DNA from: a virus | Lineage: Duplodnaviria > Caudoviricetes | Direction: 5' to 3' (one strand) | Length of the DNA stretch: 43,927 bases | IMG/VR virus record: IMGVR_UViG_3300048895_000218 | Coordinates: 1 to 43,927 of that record | Part shown: in pieces, positions 24,981 to 34,898 of the stretch | Position numbering within the stretch: the stretch's first letter is position 1 | Layout: every line of letters starts with the position of its first letter | Made by a program: the position numbers and the translations under genes | Notes under the pieces: model-generated | Database searches by the model: none | Told to the model about the DNA's origin: nothing | Seen by the model: the letters and a program-made list of their open reading frames with translations, nothing else

Positions 24981-26023
24981 ACCGCGATCGCGCCCGGCCC
25001 GTAGCCGGCTGCCGAATTGATGGCAGCGTCGAAGGCGGCATAGCTGGTCGGTACGACGTAGCCCACCATGAAAATCTCGCAGTTGCCGTTACGCGCGGCA
25101 GTGAAGATGCCACCGATCACGCGCTGAGTGCTGATGAGTCCGCCCGTGTTCGAGCCCGTCACGGGCGCCGCGCTGCCCATTTTGAACGTGTCGGCCGTCG
25201 AGTTCGTGAACAGCGCTGCGAAGCGCTGATTAGTGAGCGGCACTGGTGTGACGCTCAGAGTCCCAACGCCCGAATATTGGGTGAAATCGCCGGCCGCGAG
25301 CGAGATAATACAAGCCTGGAACGGGGTGTCGCCGCCCACGAATGAATTGGCCGCGGTCGGAGCCGATACCGCGCGCCCCACGACTAGCAAGAGGCACGGG
25401 TAGGGGAGCGTGATCGTGCTCAGCAAATAGTCGTCGGCAGCATCGAACAGGAGGCCCACCTTGCCGTTGAGGCCAGCCGTGATGATCGGCTGTAGGCTCG
25501 CCGTGGCCTGCGTGTAATGCTTGCCGTTGCCGCTCTGGTCGAGGAGCCCCGCGCAGGTAGCCTTCCAAATATTGCCGTTGACGGAAGTGTTAGCGGTCCA
25601 CGTCAGCCCCAGGCCGGTGCCTGCGCCTGTCAGCGCGATCGTTGCTCCGCCCACGGGCACTAGGCCCGACATACCCGGCGTTACTCCTAGCCCGTCATAG
25701 TAGACGTCGAACGTGCCCCCCGTGCCGACCCCGAGGCTGTTCGTAGCCTTGACCCACACGGGCACGGGCACGCCCGCGATCGTGCCGGACACTTGGACGA
25801 TCGTGAGTGAGCCATTGCCGGCGTTCGGCTTGGCAATGTTGCCGTAGGTGAGCCCCTTGTCGGCCTGGACCAGCTGATAGGCGCCAGGAAACAGATCGAT
25901 GTAGTTGCCGCTGAACGGCGGAGGCCCGCCACTGTCCGGCCAATTGACGCCAGTCGGCCAATTGACCCCTGTGGGCCAATTGACGCCAGTCGGCCAATTA
26001 GTCGCGGTGGGCCAGCTCGGCAT
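24977..26023 (-). CDS. Tail fibre / receptor-binding protein with lectin (LamG)-like C-terminus
   Basis: DQSGNGKHYTQAT..QP..GLNG...LLFDAADDYL pattern; N-terminal NWPTGV repeats. Confidence 0.65.
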   Translation of the reverse strand: MPSWPTATNWPTGVNWPTGVNWPTGVNWPDSGGPPPFSGNYIDLFPGAYQLVQADKGLTYGNIAKPNAGNGSLTIVQVSGTIAGVPVPVWVKATNSLGVGTGGTFDVYYDGLGVTPGMSGLVPVGGATIALTGAGTGLGLTWTANTSVNGNIWKATCAGLLDQSGNGKHYTQATASLQPIITAGLNGKVGLLFDAADDYLLSTITLPYPCLLLVVGRAVSAPTAANSFVGGDTPFQACIISLAAGDFTQYSGVGTLSVTPVPLTNQRFAALFTNSTADTFKMGSAAPVTGSNTGGLISTQRVIGGIFTAARNGNCEIFMVGYVVPTSYAAFDAAINSAAGYGPGAIAV

Positions 26024-26440
26024 TTAGTTCGACTTCACGCGCTCGCCCGTGAGCGCGATGTTGGGCAGCCACGTCGCCTGTGCCGCGCCACCGTTCACGA
26101 ATTCGAGCTTCACGTCGTCGTACTCTTCGACGAGCAAGTCGAGGATGTTCGAGGTCGTGGTGACGGCTGCCGCGGGGAAGGTGGCGATTTGCGTCCAGAC
26201 TACCTTGGTCGTGTCGCGCGTGGTGGCGAGCGTTTGGTTCGTGACGCGCGTCGAGCTCTTGTACAAATTGAAGGTGCCGGCCGCGCTGTTCGACAGGTCG
26301 ACGACCAAGCGCTTCAGTCGGTGCAAGCCGATGTAGCGGGCGCCCGGAAACGCCACCACGGTGTCGAGGAACGAGTAGACGAGTGCGTCTGCCCCAGGCG
26401 TGGCGCCCGTGTAACGGATGTGCGTGGTCTCTGCGCTCAT
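26024..26440 (-). CDS. Virion-associated beta-rich protein, 138 aa
   Basis: Late-operon position. Confidence 0.65.
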   Translation of the reverse strand: MSAETTHIRYTGATPGADALVYSFLDTVVAFPGARYIGLHRLKRLVVDLSNSAAGTFNLYKSSTRVTNQTLATTRDTTKVVWTQIATFPAAAVTTTSNILDLLVEEYDDVKLEFVNGGAAQATWLPNIALTGERVKSN

Positions 26441-26450
26441 GGGTTCAATC

Positions 26451-29117
26451 CTATCTCTTATGCTGCCTTAGTGCTTCGTCGATGATGCGCATCTGCTCGG
26501 CGTCCAGGCTGCCGGTAGAGCGCGCTCTTTCGTCGTTTGTGGCCGACTCCAATCCTACTCCCGCGCGCACGCCCAGCGCTCCACCGCCGACCCCGAACAG
26601 GCCAGCGGAAGGAAGCAGCGAGCGCCCGGGTGGCAGGCTTCCCATGGCTGCTTCTGGGTTGTAGGGCGGCACGTAGAGCGGGTTGCCTTGCGTGTCGCGA
26701 GCGAGAGCTCGCGCAATGGCATCGAGTCGAATCTTCCCCGCTGGGAGCAGCCCACCTAGCCCGAGCGGACCACCGCCAGAGGTTAGGCCCGAGGCGAGCG
26801 AGGTCTTGTCCTTGAGGTCGAGATAGCCACGTACGGCGCGGATGCCTTCGAGGTCGTGTCGAACATTTTGCCCGGGGCCAACGCCAGCTTCGGCTTGATA
26901 AGCCGAAACACGCCCCGCGACGTCGGCTAGCTGAGCCAGTGCCTTGTTTGTTTGTCCGGGCGCGTTGCCGTAGCTCTTGATGGTTTGCTCGGCGACCTGC
27001 CGATTGCCGGGCGACATTTTGTCGTACGGCGCTTCCTCTACGATGCCCGCGTACTTGCCGCGCTGCTTGATCTCTTTAAACAGCTCGTCGTGCCGGTTGT
27101 GCATCCGGCTCCATTCCCCGTTCTTGAACTTGTCGCGGTCCTTACGCGCGACGGCGATCAGGTCGTCCCAGATCTTTTCTCTGGCGCCCTTCACGCTTGA
27201 GGCGTTGCCGGCATCGTCGATGCTCTCGACTACGCTCTCGAACTTGAGCGGGCTCATCTTGATGGGCTTGAGCTCCACCACGAACGCATTTTCTGGGTGG
27301 TAGGCCGGGATCTTGAGCGTCGTCTCCGAATCCGGAGGGTTGCTATGCGTGCCAAATGCAATGTCTGGCGGCGGCGGGCGCGATGGCCTCGCCGCCTGCC
27401 TCACATTCGGCGGCTGAATATCGAAGCCGAGTTCGCGCGCTTGAGCAACGCTGATAATCTTGGAGCCGCCGCGCAAAGCCCCCGGTGGCACCTCGGTTGC
27501 TAGGTGCACTGCCGGCTGAGAGAGCTTCGCGTAGGTATCGAACAGTTTTTTGTTCGTGTCCCACGCTCCGACTTCATCACCCGGGCTGGGAAATGCCGAT
27601 GCCGTCGGCTTGCTGCGCCTGACCATCTCATCGAAGAGCGCGTCCATGACGTTCGTCGGCTCGATCGTCTGATTCTTGAGCACCGGGTCGAAATCAACGT
27701 ACCGCTGCTTCTCGCCCGCGGCCTGAATCTTGGCCAGGCTAAGCGCGCGGTTCTGCTGGTTGATGATGGGTTCGAGTACCGGAGCGGCGGCGTGCTCCAC
27801 CGCGGTTTCCATGATTGGGCCGCGCGCTTCACCTGGCACCGGACCACGAGCTTTTTCTAGGATGTCCCTCACCTGTTCAGAAGGCTTCACCCCGGAGACC
27901 AGGCTCGTAGTAGAGCCAGTCGCTTCCGCGTTTGGCAAACTGGGCTTGGCTGCCGAGCGCAAATACTTCCGCAAGGCTCCGGCGCCTCCGGCTACGAGCT
28001 CACCCACTAAGCCACTGCCGGCCCCGACGGCCGTCGTGAGCAGTGCCTTCTGTGGCAGCTCGGACACGACGTCCTCCATGTTGACAGGCTTGCCAGCGAT
28101 GAGGTCTTCGATGGAGCTGCCAGCTACGTTGGTGAGCAAGTCTGCATCGGCAGTAGCGGCACCACCAAGCGCCGCCATGCCCAGCTTGCCAGCCATGCCG
28201 ACTGGCTTTGCCAGCGCGTTCACCTTGCCTGCTACCTTGCCGAATAGAGACCCTGGCACCAGCGATCCAGCCATGGCGCCTGCCGTCCCAATGTACGGAT
28301 GGCGTTCGGCGCGCTCGCGCATCGCTCCTACATCGTCTCTGCCCGTTAGCAGGTCGCGTCCTGCGAGCACGAGACCTCTAGCGGGGCCAGCGTAACCCCT
28401 AGCCGCGCCTTCGGCGAAGGCCGCGCCCATGTCAGCCGCTTTGCCGAGGTAATTTTCAACCTCGTGCCAGTTGGTGTCCCCGTGCGCAAATTCGGCACGA
28501 GTGATCGGCAGGTCGTTGATGACCGCGTTTTGGTACGCCTCCTTCCACTTGGTGTCTTGGTAGATCTGGTAGGCGTTCTCGAACTCACGGCTGCCCGGAG
28601 CAATGCCTTTGGCTTCCAAGTAGGGACCCATGTCGGTCTGAAACTTCTCCCGACTCGGCTCGAAATACATCGTGCTCGATGGTCCGGTGATTTGGTCCAC
28701 GGCCATGTTCTGCGCGATGACACCAAGCGCGCTACGTGACTTCGATGCGTGATCGGTCGGGAACTTGAGCCTCACTAGCTTCGAAGCGTTCGGTAGCGAT
28801 GAGTCGACATCCGGGCTCTCTGGCGGTCCGTATGGCGCGGGGCCCGGCTCGATGTAGTTAGGCTCCGGAGCCTCTGGAGCAGGCGGCCCGTAGTCTTTGC
28901 CTAGAATCTCAGCCACCTGGGCAGAGGCATCGGGAGCCGCTGGCGGCTCGGGCGGAGCATCGCCCTGCTCAGGAGCAGCCGACGCCGCTGCTACAGGCTC
29001 TTGCTTCGATGCCTCGTACTCGGTGACAGCCGCCTGGAGCTCCGCCTTTTCATCAGCCGACAAGGACTTGTCGTTGATGCCTTCTTTTGCCAGCCCGTAC
29101 TCTTCCTCGGTCAGCAT
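26451..29117 (-). CDS. Large ejection / DNA-transfer protein, 888 aa
   Basis: Size, Gly/Ala-rich central segment, last of the internal-protein cluster. Confidence 0.65.
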   Translation of the reverse strand: MLTEEEYGLAKEGINDKSLSADEKAELQAAVTEYEASKQEPVAAASAAPEQGDAPPEPPAAPDASAQVAEILGKDYGPPAPEAPEPNYIEPGPAPYGPPESPDVDSSLPNASKLVRLKFPTDHASKSRSALGVIAQNMAVDQITGPSSTMYFEPSREKFQTDMGPYLEAKGIAPGSREFENAYQIYQDTKWKEAYQNAVINDLPITRAEFAHGDTNWHEVENYLGKAADMGAAFAEGAARGYAGPARGLVLAGRDLLTGRDDVGAMRERAERHPYIGTAGAMAGSLVPGSLFGKVAGKVNALAKPVGMAGKLGMAALGGAATADADLLTNVAGSSIEDLIAGKPVNMEDVVSELPQKALLTTAVGAGSGLVGELVAGGAGALRKYLRSAAKPSLPNAEATGSTTSLVSGVKPSEQVRDILEKARGPVPGEARGPIMETAVEHAAAPVLEPIINQQNRALSLAKIQAAGEKQRYVDFDPVLKNQTIEPTNVMDALFDEMVRRSKPTASAFPSPGDEVGAWDTNKKLFDTYAKLSQPAVHLATEVPPGALRGGSKIISVAQARELGFDIQPPNVRQAARPSRPPPPDIAFGTHSNPPDSETTLKIPAYHPENAFVVELKPIKMSPLKFESVVESIDDAGNASSVKGAREKIWDDLIAVARKDRDKFKNGEWSRMHNRHDELFKEIKQRGKYAGIVEEAPYDKMSPGNRQVAEQTIKSYGNAPGQTNKALAQLADVAGRVSAYQAEAGVGPGQNVRHDLEGIRAVRGYLDLKDKTSLASGLTSGGGPLGLGGLLPAGKIRLDAIARALARDTQGNPLYVPPYNPEAAMGSLPPGRSLLPSAGLFGVGGGALGVRAGVGLESATNDERARSTGSLDAEQMRIIDEALRQHKR

Positions 29118-30673
29118 TATTTCTTCGCCCGGAGTTTATCGAGGATGCTTCGTACGCCGCCCGCTGCGGGCGCTGGAGCCGCTGCTTTTGGAGTCGGTGC
29201 AGTAGCCCTCGGTGCAGCAGCGGCAGCCCTTGGCGCGGCAGCCCTCGGCGCGGCAGCCTTCGGCGCCATGCCCGGACGAGGGAGCGGCTCCGTTGGATCG
29301 TTGCCTGGGTCCGTGTCCGGGTTGAACCTGGCGTTCTTGAACTCGCCCATCGTGGCCGAGTAGATGCGCCTAGCCTGTTGCTTGGCTACCTCCGGGCCGT
29401 AGACAGGCTCGACTGCCTCCAGCACGTCGTTTGCGGCAGCGGTGGCGATGGCCTTCCTGCGCTCGATCACTGCATTCCTTTCGGTTTGCAGGTACCTCTT
29501 CACTTCCTCCACGTAGGCACGTGTCATGCCCGGATCATTTGGGTCCAGCTGCTTGAACTTGTTGGCCCAGTAATCCCACTCGCCAGCGCCTTTGGTAACG
29601 CCCGCGCGCTCAGACTCTACGGACGCCTTGCCGGTCAGACCGAGCAAGATGACCATGGGAGCGATGCGCTCAGCCATTGGCTTATCGGACGAAATCAGGG
29701 CATCGACCCGATCGAACTGACTGAGCATCTCGTTCGCTGCGGCCAACTTGGTGACCCTGCTCTCGCGACCGGCGACAGCCTCTGCCATCTTGAATGCGTT
29801 TGTGGCGGACGCCTCGTCTGCCTTGCCCGGCAGGTTAGGGTTGCGCAAGCCACGATTGGCCGCCGCCGCTGCGATTCGGTCCCTCCCGAGGTCGCGCTTC
29901 AGCACATTGCCGACGCCGTGGTCCCACATGTCGGTCATGATTTTTTGGATCTCTTGGATCGGCATCTGGCCGACCAACGCGCGCCCCGCCTGCAACGCTT
30001 GATTTGCGACCCTCCGCTCTCGATCGTCACCCGACCCGTTGACGAACGCCTGCCCGAGCTTGTCCACGATGTCGTTGTCGCGTGGGTTCAGGTCGCGGAT
30101 CGGGATCACGGCGCCACTCGGCGCGACGAGATCGAAGTCGCCCGTCCTGTCGACGCGCGGCGGCGGGAGGCCAGGCAGCAAATGGCGCACGCCGGGTCGC
30201 ATGCCGTAAGGCGCGTTCACTTTAGGCGGAGCAGCTCCGAGCGGGCCGAGCGGGCCCTTGGCGCCTGGCTCTGCCGCTGATGGGCGCATGCCTGCTGACT
30301 TTGGGATGAACGTGTCGCCGTTCCAAGAGCCGCCGTCACCCTTCGAGTATTGGCTCTCGTTGCTGAACGTCTCGTGCCCGTGCTGCTTGAAGGTGTCCGG
30401 GAAGTGCCCCTCAGCACCGGGCTCGCGACCGACACCAGCCTTGAACGCGCCTCGGTAGTCGTAGTGCGAGCGCGGGTCGTCGAGGTCGTGGATGTTGTTT
30501 GCGCGGAGCCACTGCTCGAACGCGGCTTGCTCTTCGGGCGCGAGCTGAGTCGTCTCGGGCGTCGAAGCGGTCGCGACCGGGCCGAACGCCGCGACGGAGC
30601 CGGGCGCCACGGCTCGCAAGCCAGGCGCGAGCGCGCCACCAGGGATGAGCCCTCGGGGTCCTGCGTCGGTCAT
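29117..30673 (-). CDS. Internal virion (ejection) protein, 518 aa
   Basis: Position; N-terminal YDYRG..HFPDTFK..HETFSNESQY domain; AAAP-repeat tail. Confidence 0.65.
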   Translation of the reverse strand: MTDAGPRGLIPGGALAPGLRAVAPGSVAAFGPVATASTPETTQLAPEEQAAFEQWLRANNIHDLDDPRSHYDYRGAFKAGVGREPGAEGHFPDTFKQHGHETFSNESQYSKGDGGSWNGDTFIPKSAGMRPSAAEPGAKGPLGPLGAAPPKVNAPYGMRPGVRHLLPGLPPPRVDRTGDFDLVAPSGAVIPIRDLNPRDNDIVDKLGQAFVNGSGDDRERRVANQALQAGRALVGQMPIQEIQKIMTDMWDHGVGNVLKRDLGRDRIAAAAANRGLRNPNLPGKADEASATNAFKMAEAVAGRESRVTKLAAANEMLSQFDRVDALISSDKPMAERIAPMVILLGLTGKASVESERAGVTKGAGEWDYWANKFKQLDPNDPGMTRAYVEEVKRYLQTERNAVIERRKAIATAAANDVLEAVEPVYGPEVAKQQARRIYSATMGEFKNARFNPDTDPGNDPTEPLPRPGMAPKAAAPRAAAPRAAAAAPRATAPTPKAAAPAPAAGGVRSILDKLRAKK

Positions 30674-31710
30674 GGTGCCTTGAGCAGCGAGTCACCGGGG
30701 GCGACCATTTGGTCGGCTTCCGCCGCGCGCCTATGCAGGGTCTTGCCGGGGAGGAGCGGCCTGGCCGTAGGTGGGAGGCCGGCGGCCTCGCGCGCCACCA
30801 CGTCAGCGATGGCGCGGTCCAGGAGCTCCTTCTCCGTCGGCGGGTGCCAGTTCATGTCGTCGTAGAACTGCGCGTTGTCGCTGGCCATGGGGCGTGGCGG
30901 CATTGAGGGGGGCGGCTGCTTGCCCTCGATCCACGACATGTCCTGGGTCTTATTGAGGAGGGGGACACCATCGCTGGGCGGGCCTGGGCGTGGCGCTGCT
31001 GGTGGCGGAGGCGGGGATGCCCCAGGCGGAGCCGCTCTCATGGGCGGCGCGGCTCCAGCTGCTCCAGCGTCCGGGAAGCTCGCGGTCGAGCGTGGTGCCA
31101 CGCCGGCTGGCGCGGCCTTCATGGGCGGCGCGGCTGCGGCTTCTCCAGCGTCCGGAAACCTCGCAGTGGGCGGCGGCGAGCGCGGCGGCATTGGCGAACG
31201 GTCTACTGGCGCTGACTGCGGGGGGCCAGGCGGCTGGTTCCCTGGCATGCGCTTGGCGAAGTCTTCGTCCGACTCCTGCGGCTGCACCGGCTTGTCTCCG
31301 TAGCCTCGGCGGTTGAGCTCGTCGGTGAAAAACTCGACGGCCGCTTGGTCCTTGGCTTGCTTGGCGTTCTGGAGCGCATGGATCAGGTCGCGCGTATCAG
31401 CCAGGGCGAGCCGCTTCTGCTCGAAGTCCTGGCCGCTCTTCGCGCGCGCTTCGCCGGCTTCGTTCACGGCCGCGTTGCGCTTGCTGATCTCGTTCGAGCG
31501 CCGGTCGCGCCGGGCTTGCTGCGACTGCTCGCGCGCCTTGAAGACGTTCTCCTCGTCGTTCTCGCGGCGACGCGCTGCCTGCGTGGCGCGATTCTGCATC
31601 GCTTGGTTGAGCATCTGCGCGTACTGCGGGTCCGGCTTGTGCGCGTTCGGATCGAGCGCAACGGTCGGCATGCTTGCGAAGTAGTTCGGGCTGACTCCTT
31701 TGATGGTCAT
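30670..31710 (-). CDS. Internal virion protein, Pro-rich, 346 aa
   Basis: Position; duplicated FPDAG.A.AAPPM.AAP.G unit. Confidence 0.6.
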   Translation of the reverse strand: MTIKGVSPNYFASMPTVALDPNAHKPDPQYAQMLNQAMQNRATQAARRRENDEENVFKAREQSQQARRDRRSNEISKRNAAVNEAGEARAKSGQDFEQKRLALADTRDLIHALQNAKQAKDQAAVEFFTDELNRRGYGDKPVQPQESDEDFAKRMPGNQPPGPPQSAPVDRSPMPPRSPPPTARFPDAGEAAAAPPMKAAPAGVAPRSTASFPDAGAAGAAPPMRAAPPGASPPPPPAAPRPGPPSDGVPLLNKTQDMSWIEGKQPPPSMPPRPMASDNAQFYDDMNWHPPTEKELLDRAIADVVAREAAGLPPTARPLLPGKTLHRRAAEADQMVAPGDSLLKAP

Positions 31711-32930
31711 CAGTTCGCCTTTGCGCGGTTGTTGGCGTCTTCGTTCGATTTGTAGTTGTAATAGTTGGTGCCGGCCTGGTTGGCGGCGTTCATGATCGAC
31801 GAGGTGTGTGACGCCGCGTCGTTGGCATCGGCGTTGGCGCCACTCACCTGATCGGCGGCGCTACCCATCGCCACGTTGTTGGCCGCGTCGGTCGCTTCGC
31901 CCACGCCCGTGATGGCCTTGTCGGTGCTGTTATTCCAATTGGTAGCCTTGGCGTCCGCGACCTTGAAGTTGTTGTCGAAATTCAGTTGGTTGCGGTTTTG
32001 CCCTGCATCCTGCGACCTGAAAGCCATGTCGGACAGGCCCTTCGTCCACTCGAAGTTCAGCGCGTTCGCCCGCGCATCGGTGGCGTCAGCGCTGCCCGCG
32101 AGGTTGCCTTCGGCGGCGTAGCGGTCGAGCCCGTACTGCGCCGTGTCCTTGGCTTGCTGAGCGCGCAGCGCCATCTCGGCCGCGCCGATTTGACCGGTCG
32201 CATTGCTCGAACCGTACGAGCCGCGCGATGACATGGCGTTGTCGATCTTGGCCGACGTGAGCTTGCTCGCGTAGTCGTAGTACGGAGACATGTCCTGCGG
32301 CTGCGACTCGCGGAACTTGTCGAGCGTGGTCTTCGCTTCGTTGCTGACGCCGGGGATGCCCGACTCCGAGAAGTGCTGGATGATGGAGTCGGTGAAGCTC
32401 TCACCCTTGCCATCTTTGGTGAGGTCGATGCCGCTCGACGCGAATGGCGTAGCGGCGGGCGCTGCCGGCGCAGCTGCCGGCGCAGCCTGCTTCTGCGCGG
32501 CGTGCTGCTGCTGCCAAGCCTTCTTGGCCGCCTCATTCTGCTTGGCGTTGTTGTTGCGCTTAGTCCACAGCTCGCGTTGAGGATCGCCTGGCGCGTAGGG
32601 GTTCTCGCTGTCCGGCTGCGGCGGCGCCCAGTTGGGCATGTAGGCGCCTGTCCCTGGCGCGATGCCGGAGGCAGAGGTGCCAACCATTTTCTCGTACGCA
32701 GCAATCTGCTGCTGCGTCGGCAGTGGATAGCCCTCGGAGTCATACTGAGTCTGCCCGTTGTCCGGATGCTCCTTCGCCCACTGCTGGCCCTTGGCGCTGC
32801 CAGCCGGGTAGGGGTTGATGTAGCCGCCGGGAACCGCCAACTTGCTCGGCTGCGACGGGCCGAAGTCCATCGGACCCTGAGCCTGCGGACTAGCGGGCTG
32901 CCCCTCAATGCTCGGGTCAGGCAGGCTCAC
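31710..32930 (-). CDS. DNA-transfer (ejection) protein, 406 aa
   Basis: PYYDYA..IDNAMSSRGSYGSS resembles P22-type DNA-transfer proteins. Confidence 0.6.
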   Translation of the reverse strand: MSLPDPSIEGQPASPQAQGPMDFGPSQPSKLAVPGGYINPYPAGSAKGQQWAKEHPDNGQTQYDSEGYPLPTQQQIAAYEKMVGTSASGIAPGTGAYMPNWAPPQPDSENPYAPGDPQRELWTKRNNNAKQNEAAKKAWQQQHAAQKQAAPAAAPAAPAATPFASSGIDLTKDGKGESFTDSIIQHFSESGIPGVSNEAKTTLDKFRESQPQDMSPYYDYASKLTSAKIDNAMSSRGSYGSSNATGQIGAAEMALRAQQAKDTAQYGLDRYAAEGNLAGSADATDARANALNFEWTKGLSDMAFRSQDAGQNRNQLNFDNNFKVADAKATNWNNSTDKAITGVGEATDAANNVAMGSAADQVSGANADANDAASHTSSIMNAANQAGTNYYNYKSNEDANNRAKAN

Positions 32931-33400
32931 TTGGTCCTCTGCGGCATGTAGCTCATGGTTTTGGGCGCGTTCTGGCTAGGCATGGGCGTGCCTGGAGCGA
33001 AGGTGGGCGACGAGCTCGGGATGCTCACGTCCTTCATTCCTTCGGCTTTGATTGGAGACGTGTACACGCCGCCCGCGATGTCGGGCGCTCCCTGGCCGCC
33101 GTTCATCGAGTTCAGCATGTTGCTGTTCACGTCGTAGAAGCTGTTGGCGCCGGCCGCCTGCTTCATGTACGCCTCGTTCACGGTGTCGCGGTAGCTGAGG
33201 TACTGGTCGGCGATCTTCTTGGAGAGCTCTTCCTTCTTCTGTCGAGCGTCGTCCACCTCCGCGCCATTGTCGCTGCCGAAGTAGCCAACGAGCCCACCGA
33301 GGGCGCCGCCGATGGCCGTGCCCCAGCCGGGCATGATGGCGGTTCCAGCAGCTGCTCCTGATGCCGCGCCAGATAGTGTGCTGCTAGCCCTTTTGTCCAT
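32927..33400 (-). CDS. Gly-zipper ejection protein, 157 aa
   Basis: GAASGAAAGTAIMPGWGTAIGGALGGLVG. Confidence 0.65.
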   Translation of the reverse strand: MDKRASSTLSGAASGAAAGTAIMPGWGTAIGGALGGLVGYFGSDNGAEVDDARQKKEELSKKIADQYLSYRDTVNEAYMKQAAGANSFYDVNSNMLNSMNGGQGAPDIAGGVYTSPIKAEGMKDVSIPSSSPTFAPGTPMPSQNAPKTMSYMPQRTK

Positions 33401-33407
33401 TCGTTCC

Positions 33408-34898
33408 TCAGCTGTTCAAGATGTCAAACTCTTCGGTCACCTTCACGAGCTCCAACGGCTCGGTGCCTGAAAACTCGAAACGCCACTGCCGTCGCCGATA
33501 GGCCCCCAGTGAGCGTAATTCTACCACGGGATGCGTGTCGCCCTGTGCGCCCAGGTTGACCGCCAGCGGGGGGCCGTAGGGGCCCGGCTGGTCACGCCAG
33601 CTGATGAGGGCGACGGGGCCCACGGAGCTCGTGGTCTGCCCGCGACGCATCGCCACGCGCACCACTTTGCAATGCTTCAGGGCGTCCGTTCCCCGGTCCA
33701 AATAGCCGGTTTCCACGCGCGCGTTGATGGGATCGCCGTAGTCCGTCGTGGCGTCGAGCGACAGGCGCCCGAGACGCCCGAAGCTGTCGCCCACGAGGTT
33801 CGCGCCGTTGATGGGCGAAATCTTCGAGCACGTCACCGGGAACGGCGCCCAGTTGCCGTTCTTCCAACTGAGCCACTCGGCCCAGCCGCTACCCTTCTGG
33901 AACGAGAAGGTGCGGCCGTCCTGCTCGAACCGCCAGGTCATATTGTCCAGCATGCCTGTCACGACGCGGTAGCCGTAGCAGTCGCCGACGATGGGCATAT
34001 CGTCGATGGTCTTCTGGATCGGATCGCCGATGACCTGCTCGGAGCGTCCGTCGCTCATCACGAAACGGCGCAGGTCGTCGAGCCAGAAAAACATCTGATT
34101 CACCTTCACGATGCTGTAGGGCGCCGTGCAGCCGAGCTCCTTCGTCACGCTCGGTGACCAGCCGGCAGGGATGCCGGTGTTGCTCACGAAGGGGTCTGGC
34201 ACGAACAGCTGCACGCTCTTCGTGCCAAAGCAGAACACCTCGTTCGTGTTCTCGTAGATGGCGAGCACCGGGTCTGGATTGGCCTCCGCACTGAAGTGCC
34301 CGGCGCCGCCAATGACCACGCCTTCCGTCCACACCTCTAGTCCCGCAAAGGACGAGTTACCGTTCGCGATGCCGCTGAAGCGCACGACCGATTTGTCGAA
34401 CGTGTTGTTGTAGTTGACGTTCGCGATGTTGCCGAGCAGGCGCGAGCTGTTCGCAGCCACGTGCGAAGCGTAGGGCGGCTCGTCCAAGATGCGGCTCGAT
34501 GTGTCGTCAGCGAGCACGATCTTCTGCATCTTGTCGCCGCCCGCGATCGCTAGGATGAGCTGCGTTTCGGCGAACACCGGGCGCAGTCTGCCGGAGAGCG
34601 TGGAGTCGCTCAGCGGCGCACCGAGTAGCGTCGGGATGCTCGTCACGCGGTAGATGTTGCGGTAGCTCGGGGTGTTGCCGACGACGTACAGCTTGCCGTC
34701 CACGGTCGCGTAAATGCCGCTGAGTCCCGTCGGATCGATGACGCCGTTGTAGAACCCCGGCACGGCCTCCAAGCCCGGACGACGGCGGATAGCGCCCGTG
34801 TCGTCCACGATGACGTTCACTGCAACGGCGGGCGCACCCGCGAGCTCTTGCTGGCCGGTGGCTTGGCGATTGGAGAAATTGATCTCCGCTTGCGCCAT
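33408..34898 (-). CDS. Tail hub / packaged-DNA stabilization protein (P22 gp10-like)
   Basis: SAEANPD, FGTKSVQ, GCTAPYSI, LGAYRRRQWRFEFS. Confidence 0.8.
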   Translation of the reverse strand: MAQAEINFSNRQATGQQELAGAPAVAVNVIVDDTGAIRRRPGLEAVPGFYNGVIDPTGLSGIYATVDGKLYVVGNTPSYRNIYRVTSIPTLLGAPLSDSTLSGRLRPVFAETQLILAIAGGDKMQKIVLADDTSSRILDEPPYASHVAANSSRLLGNIANVNYNNTFDKSVVRFSGIANGNSSFAGLEVWTEGVVIGGAGHFSAEANPDPVLAIYENTNEVFCFGTKSVQLFVPDPFVSNTGIPAGWSPSVTKELGCTAPYSIVKVNQMFFWLDDLRRFVMSDGRSEQVIGDPIQKTIDDMPIVGDCYGYRVVTGMLDNMTWRFEQDGRTFSFQKGSGWAEWLSWKNGNWAPFPVTCSKISPINGANLVGDSFGRLGRLSLDATTDYGDPINARVETGYLDRGTDALKHCKVVRVAMRRGQTTSSVGPVALISWRDQPGPYGPPLAVNLGAQGDTHPVVELRSLGAYRRRQWRFEFSGTEPLELVKVTEEFDILNS

